From Chiloscyllium plagiosum (lineage: Eukaryota): a stretch of DNA of 47,559 nucleotides. The position numbers and the translations under genes were made by a program. The stretch is from contig NC_057718.1 in the NCBI RefSeq assembly GCF_004010195.1, forward strand, positions 51,541,941-51,589,499, in the 5' to 3' direction. The notes below the pieces were generated by a model, which did not search any database, was not told the origin of the DNA, and worked only from the letters and a program-made list of their open reading frames with translations. Of this stretch, positions 24,611-37,200 are shown one piece after another; position 1 is the first letter of the stretch; each line of letters starts with the position of its first letter.

Positions 24611-27600
24611 GAACAGAGAACATAGAACAGAGAACATTATAGCGTAGTACAGGCTCTTTGGCCCTCGATGTTGCGCTGACCTGTGAAGCCAATCTGAAGC
24701 CCATCTAAACTACACTATTCCATTATCATCCATATGTTTATCCTATGACCATTTAATGCCCTTAAAGTTGGCAAGTCCACTACTGTTGCAGGCAAGGCGT
24801 TCCACACTCTTACTACTCTCTGAGTAAAGAAACTATTTCTGACATCTGTCCTATATCTATCACCTTTCAATTTAAAGCTATGTCCCCTCATGCTAGCCAT
24901 CACCATCCAAGGAAAAAGGCTCTTACTGTCCACCTTATCTAATTCTCTGATTATCTTCTATGTCTCTATTAAGTCACCTCCCAACCTTCTTCTTTCTAAT
25001 GAAAACAGCCTCAAGTTCCTCAGCCTTTCCTCATAGGACCTTTCCTCCATACCAGGCAGTGTCCTGGTAAATCTCCTCCGCACCCTTTCCAACACTTCCA
25101 CATCCTTCCTATAATGCAGCAACTAGAAGTGTACACAATACTCCAAGTGCGGCCGCACCAGAGTTTTGTACAGCTGCAACATGACCTCATGGCTCCGAAA
25201 CTCAATCCATCTACCAATAAAAAATAACACACTGTATGACTTCTTAACAGCCCGATTAACCTGGGTGGCAAGTTTCAGGGATTCATGCACATGGACACCG
25301 AGATTTCTCTGCTCACTCAAATGATCAAGATTCTAAACCATTATCTCACTGCTCTGTATTCCTGTTAATCCTTCCAAAATGAATCACCTCACACTTTCCC
25401 ACATAAAACTCCATTTTCCACCTCTCAGCCCAGTTCTGCAGCATATCTATGTCTCTTTGTAACCTACAACATTTTTCCACACTGCCTACAACTCCACTGA
25501 CCTTTAGTGCTATCCGCAAATTTACTGACCCATCCTTCTACACCCTCATCCAGGTCATTTATGAAAATGAGAAACAACAGTGGCCCCAAAACAGATTCTT
25601 GTGGTACACCACTAGAAACTGAACTCCAGGATGAACATTTCCCATCAACCACCACCCTCTGTCTTCTTACAACTAGCCAATTTCTGATACAAACTGCTAA
25701 ATCACCCTCAATCCCATGTCCCTGTATTTTCTGCAATAGCCTATCATGGGAAACCTTATCAAATGCCTTACTAAAATCCATATACACCACATCAACCACT
25801 TTACCCTCATCCACTTGTTTGGTTACCTTCTCAAATAACTCAAAAAAGGTTTGTGATGCATGACCTACCCTTTACAAAACTGTGTTGACAATCCCTAATC
25901 AAATTATTCTGTTCCAGATTATTATAAATCTTATCTCTTATAATCATTTCTAACACTTTTCCTACAAGACTCACTGGTCTATAATTACCAGAGTTGTCTC
26001 TACACCACTTCTTCAACAAGGGGACAACATTTGCTAACCTCCAGTCTTCTGGCACTATCCCTGTCGACAATGACGACATAAAGATCAAAGCCAAAGTCTC
26101 TACAATCTCCCCCCTAGTTTCCCAGAGAACCCTAGGATAAATCTCATCTGACCCAAGGGGCTTATCTATTTTCACACTTCCCAGAATTGTTAACATCTCC
26201 TCCCTATGAACCTCAATCCTGTATAGTCGAATAGCCTATATCTCAGTATTCTCCTCAACAACATTGTCTTTTTCCTGGTGAATACTGATGAAAAATATTC
26301 ATTTAGTGCCTCGCCTTTCTCCTCGGACTCCACACACAACTTCCTACTAATGTCCTTGACTGGCCCTAATCTTACTCTAGTCATTCTTTTACTCCTTACA
26401 TACCAAAAGAAGCTTTAGGTTTTTCCTTGATCCTACCTGCCAAAGACTTCTCATGTCCCCTCCTGGCTCTTCTTAACTCTTTCTTTATGTCCTTCCTGGC
26501 AACTTGTAACTCTCAAGTGCCCAAACTGAACCTTCATGTCTCATCTTTACATAGGCCTCCTTCTTCCTCTTGACAAGAGATTCAACTTCTTTAGTAAACC
26601 ACGGTTCCCTCACTCGACCACTTCCTCCCCACCTGACAGGTACATACTTATCATGGACATGCAGTAGCTGTTCCTTGAAAAAGCTCCACTTTTCAATTGT
26701 GCCCATCCCCATCCTATGCATCCTAAATTTTGCCTAATCGCATCATAATTGTCTTTCCCACAGATATAACTCTTGCCCTGCTGTATATACTTATTCCAAT
26801 CCATCTCTAAAGTAAACGAAACCGAATTGTCACTATCACCAAAGTGCTCACCTACCTCCAAATCTAACACCCAGCCAGATTCATTACCCAGTACCAAATC
26901 GAATGTGGCCTCATATCTTGTTGGCCTATCTACACTGTATGTCAGGAAATCCTCCTGCACACATTGGACAAAAACTGACCCATCTAAAGTACTCAAACTA
27001 TAGCATTTCCAGTCAATATTTGGAAAGTTAAAGAGCCTATAACAACTACCCTGTTACCTTCACTCCTATCCAGAATCATCTTTGCAATTCTTTCCTCTAC
27101 ATCTCTGGAATTTTTCAGGAGCCTATAGAAAACTCCCAACAGGGTGACCTTTCCTGTCCTGTTTCGAACTTCAGCCCATACTACCTCAGTGGATGAGCTC
27201 TCATCAAATGTCCTTTCTGCCACCATAATACTGTCCTTGACTAACAATGCCACTCCTCCCCTTCTTTTACCACCTTCTCTGTACTTACTGAAATATCTAA
27301 ATCCCGGAACCTGCAACAATTATTTCTGCCCCTGCTCTATTCATGTCTCTGAAATGGCCACATCATAGTCCCAGGTACCAACCCAGGCAGGTTATTCCAG
27401 AGGTTCCTGGCATTGAAGTAGACACACTTCAAATCACCTTCCTGATTGCCGGTACACTCCTGTGACCTTGAAACCTTATTTATGACTTCATTACTCTCAA
27501 CTTCCTGTACACTGAAACTATAATTCAGGTTTCCATCCCCCTGCTGAATTAATTTAAACCCTCCCAAAGAGCATAAACAAATATCCCCCCAAGGATACTG

Positions 27601-28660
27601 GTACTCTCTGGTTCAGGTGTAGACCATCCTGTGTGTAGAGATCCTACCTACCGCAGAAAGAGCTCCAATTATCCAAGCATCTGAATCCCTCCTTCCTGCA
27701 CCATCCCTGCAGTGATATGTTCAATTGCTCTCTCTCTCTCCCTATTCCTCGCCTCGCTATCACGTGACACGGGTAACAAACCAGAGATAATAATTTTGTT
27801 TGTTCTAGCTCTAAACTTCCACCCACCTCCTTGAATTTCCGCCTTACATCCCTATCCTTCGCCCTACTTTTGTCATTAGTTCCTATGTGGACCACGAATT
27901 GGGGCTGCTCCCCTTCCCCCTCAAGGATCCCGAAAACACAATCTGAGACATCACGGACCCTGGCACCTGGGAGGCAACACTATAACTTCGAGTTTCTCTT
28001 GTCTCCATAGAACCTGCTATCTGTTCCCCTAACTATGGAGTCCCCAATGACTAATGCTCTCATCGTCTCCCGTCTTCCCTTCAGAGCAACAGGGACAGAC
28101 TCTGTGACAAAGACCTGTTACTCATGGCTTACTGCTGCTAAGTCGCTGCCACCCACAACCCCATCCTGCCAGCCACCCCCACCCCCACCCCCACACACAC
28201 ACAGAGACACAAACAGCATCCAAAACAGTATACTTGTTATTGAGGGGAAACAGGCCACAGGGGATCCCTACACTGTCTGCCTGTTCCCTTTCCGTCCCCT
28301 GACTGTAACCCATCTACCCTTTTTCCTGCACCTGAGGTGTGACTACCTCTCTGTAACTCCTCTCAAGTATCCCGTCAGCCTCCGTAATGACCTGAAGTTC
28401 ATCCAGCTCCAGGTCCAGTTCCTAACATGGTTTCCGAGGAGCTGGAGTTGGGTGCACTTCCTGCAAATGAAGTCAGTGGGGACATTAGTGGTTACTCTTA
28501 CCTCCTACATTCTACAGGACAAGCATTCAACTAATTTAACATCCATTCCCACTGTTCTGAATTCCCAAAGAGACTATTGAAAAGAACACGAGTAATCTTA
28601 CCAATCCAGAGCACAGAACCCTTTTTTTGGTTAGAGGAGGAGGTTGGCTTAGAGAGAAGG
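24611..28660 (-). mobile_element. Near full-length CR1 LINE (ORF1 zinc finger + SGNH esterase; ORF2 APE-RT), inactivated
   Basis: ORF1 ATG at 28546 reads MDVKLVECLSCRM*...FICRKC, with VHIGTND esterase motif in 27644..27895. ORF2 has [56 protein letters not shown] and LYKTLVRPHLEYC. Tail has gttct-based repeats at ~24611-24635. Many stops and frameshifts. Confidence 0.97.
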
Positions 28661-28959
28661 AAGTATTGAGGATCAGTGAATAATGAACCAAGGTGTTATA
28701 AAAAGAACTATTCCAGTTTTTATTCCTCCAGCTTCCATGTTCAATGTAGCATCCTCCACCATTTCTTTCATCTGCATTGTGAGGCCAACACCGAACATAT
28801 CTCTCACTCCCCTCCAATTTCAAAAGAAGCATTCCTTCTACATTTATATTTAATTTCAACTTATATTTTCCTGTCAGTATATTTTGTGTCAGATATAAAC
28901 TCTTCATATACACTCCAGGTACACTGAATACATTTCTGAAATTTAATAGATCATTCAAT

Positions 28960-29552
28960 TACAAATGACACTAAACAGTAGTCGGATGGTAGGGATTTTA
29001 AGTATGCAACTTACCTGCTTACTGCACAAAACCTGACAATCATCCACAAAGAAAAAAGTCTGGAGTGTGATGGAATAATCTCTATTTGCCTCATTGATTG
29101 CAGCTTCAATGACACTTAAGAAACTTGGTACCTTCCAGGAGAAAGCAGTCATCTTGATTAGCACCCTGTCCGCCACCTTTGAATGTTTACTCTTTCCATT
29201 GCATTGACAACAGTGCACATGATCCGCAAGGTGAGTTGCAGCAACATGCCAAGGCTCGTTCAATAGCACATTCCAACCCACAGCTTGTACCACTTAGAAA
29301 GACAATAGATACATCAGAACATCACCACCTTCAAGTTAGCCTCTGAGCCATACATCATTCTGACATGGAACGAGATTGCCATTCCTGTCACTGAGTCAAA
29401 ATCCAGAAACACCATTTTAAACAGCACTACATCTCTACATCTGGACTACAGAGGATTAAGAAGCTAGCTCATTAATATTTTCTGAAAGGCATTTCGGGAT
29501 GGGCAACAAATGCTACCCTTGCCAGCAATGCTGAAACCCTGAAAAGAAAAAT
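28960..29552 (+). mobile_element. Old CR1/L2-group LINE 3' fragment (same family as 8450-10930)
   Basis: gagtgtgatggaata...acacttaagaaacttggtaccttccaggagaaagcag and tail ggcatttcgggatgggcaacaaatgctaccctt align by eye with 9185-9270 and 10850-10900. Confidence 0.85.
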
Positions 29553-30876
29553 AGTGGATTCTCAGTGAACATTTGGCTTTATTGTGATACTGTCTCCATT
29601 AATAATACATCTCATATCATGATACACAAGTTCAAAATGGAAAGCTTTTTAGAAAGAATCTAAATGTAACACAGCCATGTCATTACTGCTCAAACTATGA
29701 AGAAGAATCCGCCAGTCATACGCATCTTCAATGTTTCAACCATGAAGAACCGTACAGGAAATTGTGTCCCTTCATTCTCTCAGCAATGTGAAGATTCATT
29801 GGCAGCAACTAACCTGCTTTTCACAGAAATTCAGCTACAAACTTTATTTAAGAACTTGAGAAAATGGAAGAGACAGTTAACCGTGTTGCCTGAAACTTGA
29901 AAAGCCAATTGACACTGTGACTTTTTTTTCATCAAGTCGTTTCTTCCCATCTTTTTGTGGTATGGCTTTGATCATTTTAATTTACACAGCTCTTAGTGAA
30001 TTTTACATTGCTCAATTTGCAATAAGCAATGTTTTATTATGAACTGACCCTTTACTTTGATCACTACGTTCTCTGATATGACTCACCTCCTCCCTCCTCC
30101 ACTTTCAGTTGCTTAGGGTTTGTGTGCAGATTTGATGAATCTATATTCTCTCAAATTCCTAGTCCACTTCACTCAGTTACATATAAGGATAGCGCACTTT
30201 GTCATATTTTTATCTGTTATATAACAGTTTTATTTTGAATTAATACAGAATTAGTTAGGAACTGTAACTTGCTTCAAGGTAGTGTAGGAGATTACATGTG
30301 ACAATCCTCTTTGTCATTGCTATGGATATTTATAGGAATGCTGGTTGTTCTCAGTCAAAGAAAAAATATACAATTTGCTCAAACAAGTGAGCTCCAAGTC
30401 TTGGAGTTGAAGAGAAGAAATATCTTATTCAGTATAGTTTTAAAATTCACTGACAGGACTTGGAATGTGACTGAGCAGAGAAATCAATTCCTGTCAGTGT
30501 GTTTGGCATCAACATTTTTCTTCTCCAATTTTATTTCCTTTCAGAATTCACTTTGACCTTTTTTGAACATTGACATTGGTACCCATTGGTCAGTGGTACC
30601 CACTGGTATCCAATTGTTAGCTGGAACCCAATTCTGTCCACATTTGAGATCCATCCACATGTACTTTCAATCACTTATGGTCCTACTTTCAGAACATCGA
30701 TGCAAATTGTAATGCCCCCAAGGCCACCAGGGATGAGACCAGCTAATTCAGCAGAGACTGTGAACTGTTTCTGAATTGTTACATGTTTATAATATGTACT
30801 TACATACACACCATACATTGAAGTCTTAAATTAAAATGCTGTCCTTACATAAACATAAGCAAGAATAATGGAACAG

Positions 30877-32005
30877 ACCAAAATTGGTGGTGTATTGGAC
30901 AGTGAAGAATGATACCTCAGAGTACAATGGGACCTTGATCAGTTGGGTCAATAGGCTGAGGAATGGCAGATGGAGTTTAGTTCAAATAAATGTGAGGTGC
31001 TTCACTTTGGAAAGGCAAATCAGGACAGGACTTGTACACTTAATTGTAGCATCCTGGGGAATGTTGCTGAACAAACAGACCTTGGAGTGCAGGTTCAAAG
31101 TTCCTTGAAAGTGGAGTCTCACATAGATAGGATAGTGAAGAAGGTTGCAAATAACAAATACTGGAGATCTTAATGGGTCAGAAAGCACCTATGGAGACAA
31201 GGCAAGCTAGCATTTTGAATCCAGATGACTCATCATCAGAGCTCTGATGTACAGTCATCTAGACTCAACGTGAGCTTGCTGTCTCTCCATGGATATTGTC
31301 TGATCTGCTGTGATCTCTAGTATTTGTTGTTTTCAGTACAGATTCCAACAGTAATTTGTTCCTTTATAGTGAAGAAGGCATTTGAGGTATGCTTGCAATT
31401 ATTATACTCAGTGTATTGAGAACAGGAGTTGGGGAGGTCATATTGTGGCTATGTTAGGTCACCTTTGGAATATTGCATGAAATTCTAATGTCGCTGCTAT
31501 AGAAAAGATATTGTGAAACTTGAAAGGGTTTAGAAAATATTTACAAAGATGTTACCAGGGTTGGATGGTTTGAGCTATAGGCTGAGGTTGAATATGCTGG
31601 GGCTATATGCTGGAGCGGTGAAGGCTGAGGGGTGACCGTATAGAGGTTTATAAAATCATGAGGGGCATGGATAGGGTGAACGCAAAGGTCTTTTCTCTGG
31701 GATAGGGGAGTCCAAAACTAGAGGGTATAGGTTTAAGTTGAGAGGTAAAGGATTGAAAAGGGACCTAAGGGGAAACATTTTCATGCAGAGAGTGGTGTCT
31801 GCACAGAATGAGTTGGCAGAGAAGGTGATGCAGGCTTGTACAATGACAATATTTAAAAGGCATGCAATGGACATATGAATAGAAAGGGATTAGAGGGATA
31901 TAGGCCAAAGGCTGGCAAATGGGACTAGATTAATTTAGGATATCTGGTCAGCATGGATGAATTGGACTGAATGGTCTGTTTCCATGTTGTACAGCACTAT
32001 GACAT
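30877..32005 (+). mobile_element. CR1 LINE 3' part, interrupted at 31145-31365
   Basis: WQMEFSSNKCEVLHFG, DLGVQV, RSPLEYC and LRGD.IEVYKIM, then a CR1 tail (gggatataggccaaag...gaatggtctgtttccatg). Confidence 0.93.
31145..31365 (+). mobile_element. Fold-back Penelope terminus (second family) inserted in CR1
   Basis: Imperfect arms ~31148-31241 and 31242-31333 centred on catcagagctctgatg, then a ~30-nt tail. Exact 13-bp TSD atagtgaagaagg at 31132-31144 and 31366-31378. Confidence 0.9.
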
Positions 32006-32691
32006 GAGAATAGTATTGAAGTAACACCAACTATTTTAAGAACAAAACAAGTTGCCCTTATTATAACTGTCGAATAACTTTGTACCTAATCACACACAAA
32101 AAAATCCATTGCACTTAATACTTGATTTACTTTATATGAGCCAAATAAAATTCAGTAAGGGACTCAAGTTTGCTGACAAGCTTCAGCTTTATAAATATTT
32201 GTATTTTCATTTTAATACATTGTGTGAATGCATAGCGTCACCAAAGGGTTATTTCATCAATATTCCTTACCTTGGGCATAGTACATCTTGCAAATCTAAT
32301 TCTTCAGTCATAATGAGGACAAGGTACGAGCTGCAACTCATTAAATTACTTTGGCTTTGAAAATCCTCAGGTATTGTCAGTCTCTTGCTGTAACCTCTGA
32401 GAAATGGTAGTGTTTCTTCCATGCCTTGAAAGCCATATACTTCCACGCTTCACAATAAAAATGACAGGCTGAAGTAGAATAAGGTCCCTTCTTGAATCTC
32501 AGTTGATAATAACTGGCTGGTTTCCTGAATGAGTGGAAATGTACCAGCAACTGTAAGGGTACATATTAGACAGCCAGTGGGAGCCAACCAGAATAAGAGC
32601 CTGCATTGTGGAAGGCTGAAACTATATGAAAAATGGCAATAGATTGTTCCTTTACTCAGTTCAAACAGAATATGTCTGTCATTAGGGAGGG

Positions 32692-33083
32692 TTAAAATCA
32701 CACAACACCAGGTTATAATCCAACAGATTTATTTGGAAGCACTAGCTTTTGGAGTGCTGCTCCTTCATCAGGTAGTTGTGGAGAATAAGACCATAAGAAA
32801 TAGAATTTATAGCAAAGGTTATAGTTTCATGCAACTGGAATGATATATTGAACAAACCTGACTGACAAAAATCCAGGTCTGTTCAATATATTATTCCAAT
32901 TGCTTAACACTGTAAACTTTTACTATAAATTTTATGTCTTATGGTCTTATTCACCACAAATATCTGATTAAGGAACAGTGCTCCGAAAGATAGAGCTTCC
33001 AAATAAACCTGTTGGATTATAATCTGATGTTGTGTGATTTTTAATCTTGTCCACCCCAGGCCAGCACCAGTTCCTCCACATTA
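32692..33083 (+). mobile_element. Fold-back Penelope terminus (third family) with hammerhead cores on both strands
   Basis: Arms of ~170 bp at 32692-32860 and 32874-33044, tail 33045-33083. 15-bp TSD tgtcatta(g/a)ggaggg at 32677-32691 and 33084-33098. Confidence 0.9.
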
Positions 33084-34714
33084 TGTCATTAAGGAGGGAA
33101 TACATTTATTGACCCCTCACCCAGACTGCAATGCAGCCTAAATCCCCTCAAGTACTTTGTCATTTATAAAAGTAAACAATATTGTATTCATAAAATGCCT
33201 ATATCAAAGATAGCAAATAATTTGATAACCTCTTTGAACTGTCAATGAAACTGCAAACTTAGGATTCCCTACTGATATAGTGATAGTCTGTAAGAAGCAG
33301 CCAAGTATTAACCATAATGGTTCTTAGGGTAATATCAATAAGCAACTATCGTAACTGCAAGAACATAATTATTTTTTTCTTTTCTCACTGATACAGGCAG
33401 CCTATTTGTTTAATCTTTATAATGGATGTAAATAACATAATAGGTTAATGGGTTTCAAAGACTTTGACCCATTTTGAGAGCATTCACAGCTACTTTAAAA
33501 TAATCCTCACTCCTAAACTCCAAGTTAAGGCCCATGCTACAGAAAAAATGGATGTTTGAACTTAGCACTCAGTTCAAATCACTCTGTGGTGATTTGGGTT
33601 TCGTCTTATGTAGGCCAATCCTTTCCCTCAACACTGCTTTCCTCGACTGGAGATAATGGGATCTTCTGGGTGTGAAGGTGGGACCACCAGATCTCTAACC
33701 TACCTGACATTTGTAATGGTCTGCAGAGTCTCCACAATTCCACAGAAAAGCAGGCCTGAATACTTGTTTTAAATTTAGTTTCCAAATGGAAACAGTAACT
33801 TTGAAGTCTGGATCAGGAAAGATATTGAAATGTGTGGTGGCAACCATTGCCTATTATTTAAACTACCAGTATGCCCTGAAAATTAAGTTGGTGCTGAGGC
33901 ATGTGGAAGATGAAGGCTTTACACTCAGTCCTTGCCTGTATTGTGCTCTTTAACATCAAAGATGATTGAGTAAATTGGTGGTGAGTTTGTAAAATGTCAA
34001 AAAAAATTAGGTGAGCCCTCTCCCAGACCAACTGTTTATTCTGTGCTGCTGTGAAGTCCATGAATCTTTTTTTTCGTTGTGAAAGCCTTCACCTCCTGTT
34101 TAGTTTCCTTGAAAACATTTTATTGTTCTTTTTATTCACTTCAGATCCATGCTACAGATCTTTGTGCTGAAGGGTATGGGCGGGTCAGAGAATAGCCAAA
34201 AAGAAGCCCAGGCAAAGGTCATAGAGGGAATCATAATTCCCTGTTGTCTGCCTCTTTTCTTTGGCTACCTGATGTCCTGAGCCAGGGAGTGTGCAGTATC
34301 ACCAACACCCTCAAAGCTTTCAAAGAGAGGTTAGTACCATAGCATCATCTCCTCCTCCAACCTTATATTAACTTAGTTCTCTCCATTTGGCACACGCCAA
34401 CACCTCTTTTTGATTTTTGTTATTGTTACCTGTTTTGTTAATTTAGTGGTGGATCTATTTTAAAAAACAAACAAACTGAGTTCTTTTCCAGTTGTGGCAT
34501 TAGTTCATGGATAGGGAAAGTTGAAGGCTGACATTTGCACCATATCATAGATTTATAAGAAACCTTTGTAAATCTCTGAAAGTCTTTTTGCTGCTTAATT
34601 TGACATTTGGTTATTGATATATGAAACATACAATGTCATTCTTTTACCAATCATGCACTAAACTTCTGAGATTCCCTATCCAACAAATTGATAATGCATC
34701 TTTACCACAAAAAA

Positions 34715-34810
34715 TGGCGCTGATCAAGAAGGCAGACCACCAACTTAAATGGAAACTAGAAATAAGTGTTAAATGCAGTCTTTGTTAGTGATGTTCTCAT
34801 CCCAAAGAAT
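34715..34810 (+). mobile_element. 3' tail fragment of the old CR1/L2-group LINE
   Basis: tcaagaaggcagaccacca...aaatgcagtctttgttagtgatgttctcatccca resembles the tails at 10825-10910 and 29455-29545. Confidence 0.6.
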
Positions 34811-36529
34811 TTACACTTTCTAGAAAAGTTTGGATCTTATGCTTGACTACGTTAATGGCAATCACAAGAAGAGCAGCTCTTGGGATGGATTAAAAGAAAA
34901 TCATGCTAATATCCATGTAATTATACACCTAATAGGTGTAACGGTGTAAATAGATATAGGAAAAAGGAAAGAAATGTTGTAATAAATCTAGCTTTAGCAG
35001 CTTTAAAAATGTTCACATAAAATGCAATTTCATTTTTCCCAATTTTAACTTAATGCTACTTCTTTAACAGAAATACTCCCAACATCATGCTTCACATTTA
35101 CTTCAAATTAGATTTTTAGTTTCCTTTATCACCATTTTGTTTTTGTCATGACTAAATTGAAAGCAATCACTTTTTTCTCCAATTGTGAGAAAGGCATTTA
35201 AATTCCTATGGGGGTGAGCCGGGAGAGGCAGAGAAGAGTGGAGTCAGGGAATTGTGAGCTGAAAAATAAAAAGCAAAAAGCAAAACTTTACCAAGCTGGT
35301 TTGAATTGAAATCTGATTCAAATTACTTGGTGTGTAACCCTAAACTCTATCCAATATAAACATGAAATGCAGAGAGACAGTGGTACAATTTTGGTTGCAT
35401 GTAGATTATATTACACAGGTCTGCTCATGTGAAAAATCAGTGATATCAGAAGACACATATTTATCTTGTTTACCTGAATGACGTGTTATTTTGTTTCACA
35501 GCATCTAAACTCCTGAAAACCATCATATGAAGAAAATTCTTGTATAAAAGTTTTAACATGGAGAGAAACATTTTGCAAAATTAATAAACGCCTACCCACT
35601 GAATGCTTTCTTTTACCATATCAAAGTTGACCCTATAATGGTCACTTGGGGGGTCCTTTTATTTTCAAAAATGAAATAATCATATTGTTAATGCCACAGA
35701 AGGAAACAGTTATGTGTTTTGCAATCAAAATGACAACAGCTTCCCTGAAGCCAATATGCTAAATATTTAGACTGGAAGAAGCAACTCAAACATCTGTTTC
35801 ATGAAATGATAATGAATGGCCATGAATAAAGTCTATGTTGCTGTACCTTTACCTTCAGATTTTGTCAGTACCTTCTGAATTCAGACAGCTAAGCAAATAT
35901 TGAACTTTCAGGCATAAGATGAATAAATATTAAAAATAGATTTATCATTAAATCGAACCAAGATGTCCAATGTGGATGCCTGAACACACCATATTTGATC
36001 AAATCTACTCCCAGCAGCACTGGAGAAAAGGAAAACCAAAGTAATAGAGGTACATCAGGGTACATTTTCATGTAAGCAGCACTGATTACCAAAAAATGTG
36101 ACAGAACAATCACAAGCTTTCTTCTGCCTTTCATCAAAAGACATTTTGATAGATGCACGTTGCATTTACTCAAAAGTAAAACGCAAATGTTCTTTTATAT
36201 GCACTAAGGAGGTATTTTATGAACCTACTGATAAAATTAACAGCTTGAAGACAATTGACAGTATTGACATATAGTCCTCTTTTCTGGCAGTGCAAACATA
36301 TAAAATTATGTGCAGATGCTTGCAGGGTAGTATGCATGAATTTTATAATCTAATAATTAAAAGTATGACAAAACACTAAGTATTATAGTACCTACGAAGG
36401 GTTGTGTGTTTGTGTAGGGTGTGCATGCGCAATCTCAGAGCGCTTGTCTCCCACTGAATGAATTAATTATTGTTGACACAGGAAGGAGAGTGTATTATGT
36501 TGGGTGGAAGTGTGATATCTCATGCTGTC

Positions 36530-37200
36530 ACCAGACATTTATGAGACTTCAATCTCTCTACTGTCCACACCCATGAACTGCATTACTCTGCTAATATCCA
36601 AAGCTGGTTCCTGCACAGCAGTCAAAGTGACTACAGCTGTGGGTCCAGCCATGATTCTCTGCCTTTCCCTAGATTTGTGCATTCTCTCATGTAATGTGAG
36701 AAACCAAAGAGTTATGAATGTGAGAGGTAGATGACTGACTGACAATACTTGCAGAGACTGACTGTGAGGGATGGGTGTGATATGACATTCAGATGAAGCT
36801 GAATGTGAGTGTTAACTGTTGAGATAGACATGTGAGGTAGTTCCTGGAGAGAAATGTATGGGGATTGAAATGATGCTGGCCTGTGGAGTGTTGTGCAATC
36901 AATACTGGGAAAGTCAGAGAGTTGGAGCCAGGGGTAGTTGTCACTTGAAAATAGCATGTTAAGATGTCATTCCTCTTTGCTACATTATTATAGATCACTC
37001 ATCTCTTGCAGTACTAGATTCAGTCACTAGAAACTGCACTCTTATATCACATCAGTGATTGCTAACCACTTTGTTTAGTTTAGCAGATCTCTTCCTTTGT
37101 CCACAGGAAAGAACACTTCGATTCTGAGCCTTTTTGCCTCCAGTATCATCACCAGGGAAGAGTCAGAGAACCAGGAGGCCGTCTCATCTTCCTGCTATCA
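36530..37200 (-). pseudogene. Decayed Myb/SANT-like (trihelix) ORF, probably Harbinger transposon ORF2
   Basis: Minus strand from ~37195 reads ETASWFSDSSLVMILEAKRLRIEVFFPVD...KWLAITDVI. A second segment reads ERMHKSRERQRIMAGPTAVVTLTAVQEPALDIS (36539..36745). Both resemble the RFS..L..L..V..R..LFP and RER..TGGGP..LT..EE.AL patterns of Myb_DNA-bind_5 proteins. Confidence 0.6.

Noticed and set aside
28035..28580. 181-aa plus-strand ORF with a polyproline run
   Set aside because: It is antisense to CR1 ORF1, and the prolines come from a C-rich simple repeat.
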